DNA of 64,000 nt, taken from assembly GCF_963921235.1 (NCBI RefSeq), contig NC_086097.1:131318001-131382000 (forward strand). The letters run 5' to 3'. The first letter of the stretch is position 1. The number at the start of each line of letters is the position of its first letter. The notes under the pieces were generated by a model. That model did no database searches and was not told where the DNA came from. It was given only the letters and a program-made list of their open reading frames with translations. This document shows, in pieces, positions 39,430 through 51,666 of the stretch. The translations under genes and the position numbers were made by a program. This DNA is from Mobula hypostoma. Taxonomy: Eukaryota.

Positions 39430-41790
39430 TATCGTGGGGAACCTTGTCAAACACCTTACTGAAATTAATATCACTACATCCACTGCTTTACCTTCATCAA
39501 CTTGTTTTGTCACTTCCTTGAAGAATTCAGTCAGGCCTCTGAAGCATGAACTGCCCCTCACAAAGCCATGCTGACTATCCCTAATCAGACTATGCTTCTC
39601 CAAAGTCTTACAATTCTAGTCTTTAAGAATCGACTTCAATAGTTCGTTCATCACAGATGTACGATTCACTGGCCTATAATTCCCATGTTTATCTCTAATA
39701 CCTTTCTTGAACAAAGGAACAACATTTGCCACCCTTTAATTTCCTGATATTACTCCCATGCCAGTAAAACATAAAGATCATTGCCAAAGGTACAGCAATC
39801 TCTACTCTCGCTTCCTGTAGTAACCAGGGGTATATCCTGTCCAGCCCTGGGGACTTCACAATCCTAATGTTTAGCAAAAAATCCAGCCCATTCTCTTTCC
39901 TAATGTTGGCATGTTCTAGCATACCAGTCTACTTTATACTTGTTTTTGTCAAGGTGCCTCTTACTAGAGAATACTAAAGCAAAGTATTCATTAAAAATTT
40001 CCCCTACCTCCTCCGACTCAAGGCAAATTTCCACTCTTATCCCTGATTGGTCCTACCTTCATACTAATCATCCTCCTGTTCTTCATGTATGTGTAGAGCA
40101 CCTTGGAGTTTTCCTTAATCCTACTCATCAAAGCCTTATCATGCCCCTTTCTAGCTCTCCAATGTCCCTTCTTAACCTCCTTCCAGGCTACCTTATAACT
40201 CTCAAGAGCCCTGTCTGATCCTTGCTTTCTAATCCTTAAGTTTGCTTCCTTCTTCCTCTTGACTGGATGTTGCACTCCTCTTCTCAACAATGGCTCCTTC
40301 ATCCTGTCATCCTTTCCCTGCCTCAGTGGGACAAACCTATCCTGAACCTTATGCAAATACTCCCTAAACAACCTCCAAATTTTTGCTGTTTATTTTTCTG
40401 TGTATATCTGTTCCCAATTTACTCTCCCAAGTTCCTGCTAAATACTATCATAATTCACCCTCCCACAATTAAAAACTTACCCATGCTGTCTGCTCTTATC
40501 CTTGTTCAAGGCTAAGGCAAATGTCAGTGAACTGTGGTCACTGCATCCTAAATGTTCACCTACAGAGAGACCTGTTACATGACCAGGTTCATTGCCGGGA
40601 ACCAGATCCAGTGGCCTCTCCTCCAGTTGGGCTATCTGCATGTTGTGTCAGAATTCTTTTCTGGACGCGACTAATGAATTTTGCCCCATATGAACCTTTT
40701 GCACAAAGGAAGTGCCAATCAATTTTAGGGAAGTTGAAATCAGCCACAACAGCACTTTTATTTTTACAACTTTCCAAAATTTGTCTCCTGATTTGTTCCT
40801 CAGTGTCCCTGTTGCTATTTGTAGGTCTGTTGAATACTCTCAATAGATGGTTGCTCCCTTCCTGTTTCTGACTTCTGCTCACACTGATTCAGCAAGTCAT
40901 CCCTTCACAACATCCTCCTTTCCTGCAGCTGTGTTACTATCCCTTGTTAGCAATGCCATTCATCACCTCTTTTACCTTCCTGCCCGTTCTTTTTGATACA
41001 TCTAAGTCCCGAATTTATGCAGCAGCCATTCCTGCCCTTGTGACAGCCAAGTCTCTGTAACTGCCACGGTAACTGTCATAGTCCCATGTTTTTATCAATG
41101 CTCTTGGTTCATCATCCTTATTCATGATACTTCTTAACTAAAATAGACAGATTTCAAACCATCCAACTGACGGCTATTATACTCTGTCCACTGTCAGTGC
41201 TTCCTCTCACAGTCTATCTACACACTGCATCATTACACCTATTACACCAACGGCTCCATCCTCTGACTTATCACTCTGGTTCCCATTCCTCTGCCAAACA
41301 AGATTTACCCCCCCTCCCACCAACAGCCCTAGCAAACCTGCCCAGAAGGATGCTGGTACCCCTTGAGTTCAGGTGTAACCCATCTCTTCTGTGCAGGTCA
41401 TACATTCCACAGGAGAGATCCCAATAAACCACAATTCTGAAACCCTGAACCCAGAACCAATTCTTCAGTCACCCATTTAACTGCCGTGTCATCCTACTCT
41501 TAACCTCACTGGCGTATGGCACAGGCAGCAATCTAGAGCTTACTACCCTTGAGGTGTGGCTTTTCACCTTCCTATTTTGCTGTCTATATTCTGCCACCCA
41601 GTCCTCATCCCTATTCCTCCCTGTATCATTACCATGACTTCCGTCTGCTCACCCTTCCCTTTAGAATGCTGTGGACCCAATCTAAGACATCCGTGATCCT
41701 GGCACCTGGGACGCAACATCTGGGAGTATCTTTCATGTCCACAAGATCTCCTGTCTGTTCCCCTAACTATTCAACCACCTGTCACCAAGG
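39430..41790 (-). mobile_element. Old CR1 LINE, 5'/central part (ORF1 remnant, APE, RT N-half), many frameshifts
   Basis: VVADFNFPKIDW, SPGLDRIYP, IRDSQHGFVRGSSC..VDEGKAVDV. Confidence 0.85.
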
Positions 41791-41821
41791 ACTTTAAGGA
41801 TAAAATAGGAGTGGCTTCACA

Positions 41822-42390
41822 TATACTCAGTTCCTACTTTATTAGTTACCTCTTGTACCTAATAAAGTGGCCACAGAGTGTATATTCATGGTCTTCTGCT
41901 GTTGCAGACCATCCTCTTCAAGGTTTAAGGTGTTGAGCAAATACATTTCTGCACACCACTGTTGTAACGCGTGACCATTTGATTTACTGTCGCCTTCCTG
42001 TCAGCTTGAACCAGTCTAGTTATTCTTCTCAGACTTCTCCCATAAACAAGACATTTTGCCCACAGAACTGCCACTCACTGGACTTTTTTTTTGTTTTTTG
42101 TACCATTCTCTGTAAACTCAAGAGGCTGTTATGATGACATTCCCAGGAGATCAGTGGTGTCTGAGATACTCAAACCACCCCGTCTGGCACCAACAATCAT
42201 TCCACAGGCATAAGTCACTTAGGTCACATTTCCTCTCCATTCTGACATTTGGTCTGAGCAACAACTGAACCTCTTGACCATGTCTGTATGCTTTTATGCA
42301 TTGAGTTGATGCCACCACATGATTGGATGATTAGATATTTGCATTAATGTGCAGGGGTACCGGTGTTCCTAATCTAGTAGCCACTGAGTG
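41822..42390. mobile_element. Tc1-like non-autonomous DNA transposon
   Basis: Decayed TIR cactcagtggccactttattagg at both ends, plus an internal inverted copy (cctaataaagtggccacagagtgta). Confidence 0.65.
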
Positions 42391-42627
42391 GGCTGTGGAA
42401 CATACTGAATTGATGGTGTAATGAATGCAGAGAAGCATGTATACCAGTATGTATATCATGAATAAAGTATATTTTGGAAATTAAAAAAATAGTTGCTCAC
42501 AAAGGAAATGAAAGTGTGGACACTTTTTCTTGCTGCTATCAACATAATCCTTTCAGACATTTTCATTTTGTGTTGCATGGAGCTGGTAACTTCATTAGAG
42601 AATGGGTTCTTTCTAACATCCCCTCAG

Positions 42628-42749
42628 CGGTGTCCATTTTAATTATGTGTGAGAAGTGAAGCACTGGTTGAGAATTCATTCTGATGTCAGCCCGGAACTG
42701 CAGGAGCAACAGAATGGATATGACTGTTTGATGGCTCACCCAAAGCACG
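42628..42749 (+). other. Candidate 122-nt exon (5' UTR, alternative start or non-coding)
   Basis: ctaac branch-like motif plus atcccctcag acceptor; consensus donor ACG|gtaagt; stops in all three frames from the acceptor, but ATG GCT CAC CCA AAG CAC G runs into the donor. Confidence 0.3.
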
Positions 42750-43075
42750 GTAAGTTAGGTTAGAATGGATTTTTTTCTTTAATTTATTTATTTTCTTGAT
42801 TCAAGAGGCATTTGATTTTCAGAAGTGATTGTTGCTAACATACAATGAAACTGAAAATAAGAAGATGCTGGAAACTCTTCCTATGTCACTGACATTATTC
42901 TTGCACCATTTTATCTCCATCATTTAATTATTTTTTACCAATTGCTCTTTGAAATCCAACCACATTCTCTTCATTAGTTCTACTTGACTATTTCCCTGTC
43001 TTGAGGACTTAGAATGTAATACAGTATTTGACCAAAACCTTCGGCCCACAATGTTGAATTGAACTAATTATTTAG

Positions 43076-43739
43076 ATTATTTAGATTACGAGGACACTCA
43101 GTCCTCGTTTATTGTCATTTAGAAATGCATGCATTAAGAAATGATACAATGTTCCTCCAGAGTGATATCACAGAAAAACAGGACAAACCAAAGACTAACA
43201 CTGACAGAACCACATAATTATAATATATAGTTACAGCAGTGCAAAGCAATACCATAATTTGATAAAGAGCAGACCATGGGCACAGTAAAAAAAACTCCCG
43301 ATAGTCCCCGATAGCAGGCGGCAAAAGGGAGAAACTCCCTGCCATAAATCTCCAGGCACCGACAACTGCTGATGCATTGGAAGCACCCGACCACAGCCGA
43401 CTCTGAGTCCGTCCGTCCGAAAACTTTGAGTCTCCGACCAGCCCCTCTGATACAGCCTCCCGAGCGCCATCCTCTGCCGAGCGCCTTCGACCTTGCCCCG
43501 GCTGCCAAAACAAGCAAAGTTGAGGATTCGGGGCCTTCTGCTCCGGAGATTCCGGACTACGCAGTAGCAGTGGCAGCAAAGCGGGCATTTCAGAAGTTTC
43601 TCCAGATGTTCCTCCGTACTCTCACGTCTGTCTCCATCAAATCAGAATTGTGCACAGTACCCTACTTGACAGATTACAGATATAATTCACCTGAGTGGCC
43701 GTGTGTGCTGTGTGACGCCGCCATCTTCTCCTCCTCCTC
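43076..43739 (-). mobile_element. Non-autonomous LINE-derived element, copy 2 (complete, with TSD)
   Basis: 8-bp TSD ttatttag (43068-75 and 43740-47); YY1-like aagatggcggc head; 3' hairpin acgaggac-N5-gtcctcgt and (TAATCTAAA) tail; inserted in an older minus-strand CR1 (about 43010-44190). Confidence 0.85.
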
Positions 43740-44239
43740 TTATTTAGGTCAATGATGCTGATTTAAAAAAAACCTTCCTGTCTGCACATGGTTTGCATTT
43801 CATGCGCTTACCTAAGAGCATCTTAAGTGCCTCTGTTCTATCTGCCTCCACCACCACCCCTGGCAGTGCGTTCCAACAACCCACTATTCTGTGTGTAAAT
43901 AATTTGCCCTGCACATCTCTTTTGATCTTACCCTCTGTCATCTAAATGCAAAACTTTAGTATTATACATTTCAACCCTGGTGAAAAGGTACTGTCTGTCT
44001 ACTCTACCTAGGCCTCTCATAATCTTATAAATTTATATCTGGCCTCCCCACAGCAACTGCCACTCCAGAGGAAACAACCATAATTTGTCCGGCATTTTGT
44101 TATAGCACCTGCCTCTAATCCAGGCACATCCCGGTAAACCTCTTCTGCACCCTTTCCAAAGCCTTCACATCCTTCCTGTAATGGGGTGACCACCCTTAAA
44201 TTCTAATCATTAAATACTTCCACAAATTCTCTGGTGGTA

Positions 44240-44443
44240 AGAACTGACAGTGCTGGAAATACTCAGCTGGTCAGTCAGTGTCAAAGGAGGGAGAAAAAGA
44301 GCAGATGTTTCAGGTTTCTAAACTTTCATCAGAGCACCACTGAGCTGAAACATTGACTTGGCTTCTCTCGCTATAGTTGTTGCCTGACTGCTGAGTGTTT
44401 CTAGTATTGGCAATCCTTGCTTCTGATTTCCAGTGTCTGCAGG
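44240..44443. mobile_element. Palindromic Penelope-terminus-derived remnant
   Basis: Arms gtgctggaaatactcagc / ctgagtgtttctagtat; central ttcatcag and ctgaaacattgac. Confidence 0.5.
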
Positions 44444-44458
44444 TTATAGAAACATAGA

Positions 44459-45408
44459 CTGTGTGGCTAGGCATAGCTCAAATACCATCTATAAATTTGC
44501 TGACGATACAACCATTGTTGGTAGAATTCAGGTGGTGACGAAAGGGCGTACAGGAGTGAGATATGCCAACTAGTGGAGTGGTGTTGCAGCAACAACCTGG
44601 CACTCAACGTCAGTAAGACAAAAGAGCTGATTGTGGACTTCAGGAAGGGTAAGACAAAGGAACACATGCCAATTCTCATAGAGGGATCAGAAGTGGAGAG
44701 AGTGAGCAGCTTCAAGTTCCTGGGTGTCAAGATATCAGAGGATCTAACCTGGTCCCAACATATCAATGTAGTTAAAAACAAGGCAATTCAGCAGCTATAC
44801 TTTATTAGGAGTTTGAAGAGATTTAGCATGTAAACAAATACACTCAAAAACTTCTATAGTTGTACCGTGGAGAGCATTCTGACAGGTTGCATCACTGTCT
44901 GGTACGGAGAGGCTTCTGTACAGGACCGAAAGAAGCTGCAGAAGGTTGTAAATCTAGTCAGCTCCATCTTGGGTGCTAGTCTACAAAGTACCCAGAACAT
45001 CTTTAGGCAGCGGTGTCTCAGAAAGGCAGCATCCGTTACTAAGGACCTCCAGCACCCACGGCATGCCCTTTTCTCACCGTTACCCTCAGGTAGGAGATAC
45101 AGAAGCCTGAAGGCACACACTCAGCGATTCAGGAACAACTTCTTCCCCTCTGCCATCCGATTCCTAAATGGACATTGAAGCTTTGGACACTACCTCACAT
45201 TTTTTTAATATACAGTATTTCTGTTTTTGCACTTTTTAAAATCTATTCAATATATGTAATTGATTTACTTGTTTATTTATTATTATTTTTATTTTATTTA
45301 TTATTACTATTTTTTCTCTGCCAGATTATGTATTGCATTGAACTGCTGCTGCTAAGTTAACAAATTTCATGTCACATGCCGGTGATAATAAACCTGATTC
45401 TGATTCTG
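44459..45408 (+). mobile_element. 5'-truncated Rex1/Babar-type LINE
   Basis: KFADDT, NNLALNVSKTKELIVDFRK, ESILTGCITVWYG, LPSGRRYRSL..FFPSAIRFLN; (CTGATT)n tail; 7-bp TSD acataga (44452-58 and 45409-15). Confidence 0.92.
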
Positions 45409-45880
45409 ACATAGAAAAACCTGCAGCACAATATAGACCCTTCGGCCCATAATACTGTACCGAACATGTACTTACTTCAGAAATTACCTAGGGTTACCCA
45501 TAGCCCTCTATTTTTCTAAGCTCCATGTACCTATCCAGGAGTCTCTTAAAAGACCCTATCATATCCATCTCCACCACCGCTGCCGGCAACCTATTCCACG
45601 CACTCACCACTTTCTGCGTAAAAATCTTATCCCTGACATCTCCTCTGTACCTACTTTCAAGCACCTTAAAACTGTGCCCTCTCCTGTTAGCTATTTCAGC
45701 CCTGGGAAAAAGCCTCTGACTATCCTCACAATCAATGCCTCTCGTCATCTTATACACCTCTATCAGGTCACCTCTCATCCTCCGCTGCTCCAAGGAGAAA
45801 AGGCTGAGTTCACTCAACCTATTCTCATAAGGCATGCTCCTCAATCCAGGCAACATCCTTGCAAGCCTCCTCTGCACTCA
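45409..45880 (-). mobile_element. CR1 3' fragment whose tail was the target of the Rex-type insertion
   Basis: QRRLARMLPGL..FSLEQRRMRGDLIEVYK; the tail continues at 44446-44458. Confidence 0.88.
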
Positions 45881-48640
45881 GTGTCTTGACCTAGATTTAT
45901 CTCTTAGCCAACCCTGATCCAGTTGCTCGTTGTGGAAGGTTGTTGTGCACATATTTGATACTATATTTCCTACATAAGTGTGTGGACGCATTTCAAAAAC
46001 GTACGGGCAGTCCCTGGGTTACAAGGTTCTTCCATTCCTCAGAGGTGTCCAGAAGCTAATTTCTCTGTAAGTCAGGAACATCGATTTCTACCTGTATCTT
46101 ATTGCTCTACATACTTGGGTGTATTTCTTTCATTTCATTGATTACCCACCCTAACACCATCTATAATCAAACCAATTGAATTTATAATGCATCCCATTAT
46201 CAATTAATTCCACAAAACATTATTGTTATAATCATCATTATTATTATTATTACCATAAGAAGAATGCTTTAAATACATGGGAGAATTTGCATAAAGTTGG
46301 ACTTCTTTAACTGAGGCCATTTGTAATTGTGAACCCCTGCTGTTCATTGCTGACAATGCAATTGGGCATATCCTGACAGTCACTACATACAATGTAAGTT
46401 TTTCTCTTTGTTAATGATGTTATTCTCCCCATGGATGCTGCCTGACCTGCTGAGCCTTACCAGCACTTTTTTGGTCTTAATTATGCCTTAGGCTCAACCA
46501 CCTGCTGATGTCCACCACATGAAAAACTGATGCTTGGATGAGTGTCTCAACAGTAATGGGCATTACCAAACACGGAGCCAAGCTTTCATGAGAGAAGGAG
46601 AGAACAGGGAAGGATGTTGAAAGAAAAATTGCATTAAGTTAAATCATGAAACACAGAAAAGAATAGCACAGAAGAATGTCTTCCGGCCTAAGACATTGTT
46701 GCAAACTAACTAAACCAATGATGCCTAATTAAACTAATCCCTTCTACCTGTACATGATCCACATCCATATTAGGGATGTGATGTTAAGGCTCTATAAGGC
46801 TACACTTGGAGTATTGTGTGCAGTTTTGAGCTTCATATTTTAGAAAAGATATACTGACATTGGAGAGGGTTCAGAGAAGATTCATGAGAATGATTCCAGG
46901 AATGAAAGGGTTACTGTATGAGGAATGTCTGGTAGCTCTTGGGCTGTATTCCCTGGAACTCAGGAGAATGAGGGGGGATCTCACAGAAACATTAAACATA
47001 GAAACATAGAAACATAGAAAATAGGTGCAGGAGTAGGCCATTCAGCCCTTCGAGCCTGCACCGCCATTTATTATGATCATGGCTGATCATCCAACTCAGA
47101 ACCCTGACCCAGCCTTCCCTCCATACCCCCTCATCCCTGTAGCCACAAGGGCCATATCTAACTCCCTCTTAAATATAGCCAATGAACTGGCCTCAACTGT
47201 TTCCTGTGGCAGAGAATTCCACAGATTCACCACTCTCTGTGTGAAGAAGTTTTTCCTAATCTCGGTCCTAAAAGGCTTCCCCTTTATCCTCAAACTGTGA
47301 CCCCTCGTTCTGGACTTCCCCAACATCGGGAACAATCTTCCTGCATCTAACCTGTCCAATCCCTTTAGGATTTTATACGTTACAATCAGATCCCCCCTCA
47401 ATCTTCTAAATTCCAACGAGTACAAGCCCAGTTCATCCAGTCTTTCTTCATATGAAAGTCCTGCCATCCCAGGAATCAATCTGGTGAACCTTCTTTGTAC
47501 TCCCTCTATGGCAAGGATTGTCTTTCCTCAGATTAGGGGACCAAAACTGCACACAATACTCCAGGTGTGGTCTCACCAAGGCCTTGTACAACTGCAGTAG
47601 TAGGTCCCTGCTCCTGTACTCGAATCCTCTTGCTATAAATGCCAGCATACCATTCGCCTTTTTCACCGCCTGCTGTAACTGCATGCCCACTTTCAATGAC
47701 TGGTGTATAATGACACCCAGGTCTCGTTGCACCTCCCCTTTTCCTAATCGGCCACCATTCAGATAATAATCTGTTTTCCTATTTTTGCCACCAAAGTGGA
47801 TAACTTCACATTTATCCACATTAAATTGCATCTGCCATGAATTTGCCCACTCACCCAACCTATCCAAGTCACCCTTCATCCTCTTAGCATCCTCCTCACT
47901 GCTACCACAGCCACCCAGCTTCGTGTCATCCGCAAACTTGGAGATGCTGCATTTAATTCCCTCATCCAAGTCATTAATATATATTGTAAACAACTGGGGT
48001 CCCAGCACTGAGCCTTGCGGTACCCCACTAGTCACCGCCTGCCATTCTGAAAAGGTCCCGTTTATTCCCACTCTTTGCTTCCTGTCTGCTAACCAATTCT
48101 CTATCCACATTTATACCTTACCCCCAATACTGTGTGCTTTAAGTTTGCACACTAATCTCCTGTGTGGGACCTTGTCAAAAGCCTTTTGAAAACCCAAATA
48201 TACCACATCCACTGGTTCTCCCTTATCCACTCTACTAGTTACATCCTCAAAAAATTCTATGAGATTCGTCAGACATGATTTTCCTTTCACAAATCCATGC
48301 TGACTTTGTCCGACGATTTCACCGCTTTCCAAATGTGCTGTTATCACATCTTTGATAACTAACTCCAGCAGTTTCCCCACCATCGACGTTAGGCTAACCG
48401 GTCTATAATTCCCCGGTTTCTCTCTCCCTCCTTTTTTAAAAAGTGGGGTTACATTAGCGACCCTCCAATCCTCAGGAACTAGTCCAGAATCTAACGAGTT
48501 TTGAAAAATTATCACTAATGCATCCACTATTTCTTGGGCTACTTCCTTAAGCACTCTGGGATGCAGACCATCTGGCCCTGGGGATTTATCTGCCTTCAAT
48601 CCCTTCAATTTACCTAACACCACTTCCCTACTAACATGTA

Positions 48641-49870
48641 GTAGAGTGGATAGGGGAGAACCAGTGGATGTGGTATATTTGGATTTTCAAAAGGCTTTTG
48701 ACAAGGTCCCACACAGGAGATTAGTGTGCAAACTTAAAGCACACGGTATTGGGGGTAAGGTATTGGTGTGGGTGGAGAATTGGTTAGCAGACAGGAAGCA
48801 AAGAGTGGGAATAAACGGGACCTTTTCAGAATGGCAGGCGGTGATTAGTGGGGTACCGCAACGCTCAGTGCTGTGACCCCAGTTGTTTACAATACATATT
48901 AATGACTTGGATGAGGGAATTAAATGCAGCATCTCCAAGTTTGCGGATGACACGAAGCTGGGTGGCAGTGTTAGCTGTGAGGAGGATGCTAAGAGGATGC
49001 AGGGTGACTTGGATAGGTTGGGTGAGTGGGCAAATTCATGGCAGATGCAATTTAATGTGGATAAATGTGAAGTTATCCACTTTGGTGGCAAAAATAGGAA
49101 AACAGATTATTACCTGAATGGTGGCCGATTGGGAAAAGGGGAGGTGCAACGAGACCTGGGTGTCATTATACACCAGTCATTGAAAGTGGGCATGCAGGTA
49201 CAGCAGGCGGTGAAAAAGGCGAATGGTATGCTGGCATTTATAGCGAGAGGATTCGAGTACAGGAACAGGGAGGTACTACTGCAGTTGTACAAGGCCTTGG
49301 TGAGACCACACCTGGAGTATTGTGTGCAGTTTTGGTCCCCTAATCTGAGGAAAGACATCCTTGCCATAGAGGGAGTACAAAGAAGGTTCACCAGATTGAT
49401 TCCTGGGATGGCAGGACTTTCATATGAAGAAAGACTGGATGAACTGGGCTTGTACTCGTTGGAATTTAGAAGATTGAGGGGGGATCTGATTGAAACGTAT
49501 AAGATCCTAAAGAGATTGGACAGGCTAGATGCAGGAAGATTGTTCCCGATGTTGGGGAAGTCCAAAACGAGGGGCCACAGTTCGAGGATAGAGGGGAAGC
49601 CTTTTAGGACCGAGATTAGGAAAAACTTCTTCACACAGAGAGTGGTGAATCTGTGGAATTCTCTGCCACAGGAAACAGTTGAGGAAAGTTCATTGGCTAT
49701 ATTTAAGAGGGAGTTAGATATGGCCCTTGTGGCTACAGGGGTCAGGGGGTATGGAGGGAAGGCTGGGGCGGGGTTCTGAGTTGGATGATCAGCCATGATC
49801 ATAATAAATGGCGGTGCAGGCTCGAAGGGCCGAATGGCCTACTCCTGCACCTATTTTCTATGTTTCTATG
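48641..49870 (+). mobile_element. 5'-truncated CR1 of the same family, nested antisense in the minus-strand copy
   Basis: RT YLDFQKAFD..FADD through to the 3' tail; host sequence resumes exactly (ctaacatgta|tttcgctcag); atgta duplicated at 48636-40 and 49868-72. Confidence 0.95.
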
Positions 49871-51666
49871 TATTTCGCTCAGTTCCTCCATCTCACTGGA
49901 CCCTCTGTCCCCTAATATTTCTGGAAAATTATTTATGTCCTCCTTAGTGAAGACAGAACCAAAGTAAATATTCAATTGGTCTGCCATGTCCTTGCTCCCC
50001 ATAATCAATTCACCTGTTTCTGTCTGTAGGGGACCTACATTTGTCTTTACCAGTCTTTTCCTTTTTACATATCTATAAAAGCTTTTACAGTCAGTTTTTA
50101 TGTTCCCTGCAAGTTTTCTCTCATAATCTTTTTCCCCTTCCTAATTAAGCCCTTTGTCCTCCTCTGCTGTACTCTGAATTTCTCCCAGTCCTCAGGTGAG
50201 CCACTTTCTCTGGCTAATTTGTATGCTTCTTCTTTGGATTTGATACTATCCCTAATTTCTCTTGTCAGCCACGGGTGCACTACCTTCCTTGATTTATTCT
50301 TTTGCCAAACTGGGATGAACAATTGTTGTTGTTCATCCATGCAACCTTTAAATGCTTGCCATTGCATATCCACCGTCAATCCTTTAAGTGTCATTTGCCA
50401 GTCTATCTTAGCTAATTCACGTCTCATACCTTCAAAGTTACCCCTCTAAGTTCAGAACCTTTGTTTCTGAATTAACTATGTCACTCTCCATCTTAATGAA
50501 GAATTCCACCATATTATGGTCACTCTTACCCAAGGGGCCTCTCACGACAAGATTGCTAATTAACCCTTCCTCATTGCTCAAAACCCAGTCCAGAATAGCC
50601 TGCTCTCTAGTTGGTTCCTCGACATGTTGGTTCAAAAAACCATCCCGCATACATTCCAAGAAATCCTCTTCCTCAGCACCTTTACCAATTTGGTTCACCC
50701 AGTCTACATGTGATTGAAGTCACCCATTATAACTGCTGTTCCTTTATTGCACACATTTCTAATTTCCTGTTTAATACCATCTCTGACCTCACTACTACTG
50801 TTAGGTGGCCTGTACACAACTCCCACCAGCGTCTTCTGCCCCTTGGTGTTACACAGCTCTACCCATATCGATTCCACATCTTCCCGGCTTATGCCCTTCC
50901 TTTCTATTGCGTTAATCTCTTCTTTAACCAGCAACACCACCCCACCTCCCCTTCCTTCATGTCTATCGCTCCTGAATATTGAATATCCCTGAACGTTGAG
51001 CTCCCATCCCTGGTCACCCTGGAGCCATGTCTCTGTGATCCCAACTATATCATAATCATTAATAACAATCTGCACTTTCAATTCATCCCACCATTCCACC
51101 CAAACCTCCCTAGTATTTATTTTCTCCTTAACCTCTGGTTCTATGAGTTCTGACTTATGCCTGGGCAAGTCCCAGCAAGATAGCCCTCTACAGGCAAATA
51201 GGTGCTTCCAGGGGTGTGAACGTGGATCGTGAATTTTGTCTTATGTGCTGGGACCAGGAGAGAACCTCTGAGATGATAGCGCCCAGGAAGTTGTGGGTTG
51301 CTGGAACAGTGAGGCAGCAGCACTGCTTGTTATGCCACCATTCCACCCAAACCTCACTAGTATTTATTTTCTCCTTAACCATTAATTCATCCACCTTATT
51401 ACGAATGCTCCTTGCATTGACACACAAAGCCTTCAGGCGCTCTTTTACAACTCTCTTAGCCCTTATACAATTATGTTGAAAAGTGGCCCTTTTTAATGCT
51501 TGCCCTGGATTTGTCGGCCTGCCACTTTTACTTTTCACCTTCGTACTTTTTGCTTCTACCCTCACTTTACACCCCTCTGTCTCTCTGCACTCGTTCCCAT
51601 CCCCCTGTTGTGAACTAACCTCCTCTCGCCTAGCCTCTTTAATTTGATTCCCACCCCCAAACCATT

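Noticed and set aside
51088..51380. 46-bp direct repeats suggesting a CRISPR-like array or mini-LTR element
   Set aside because: Only two units, eukaryotic context, no TG..CA ends; explained by duplication of flank segment B.
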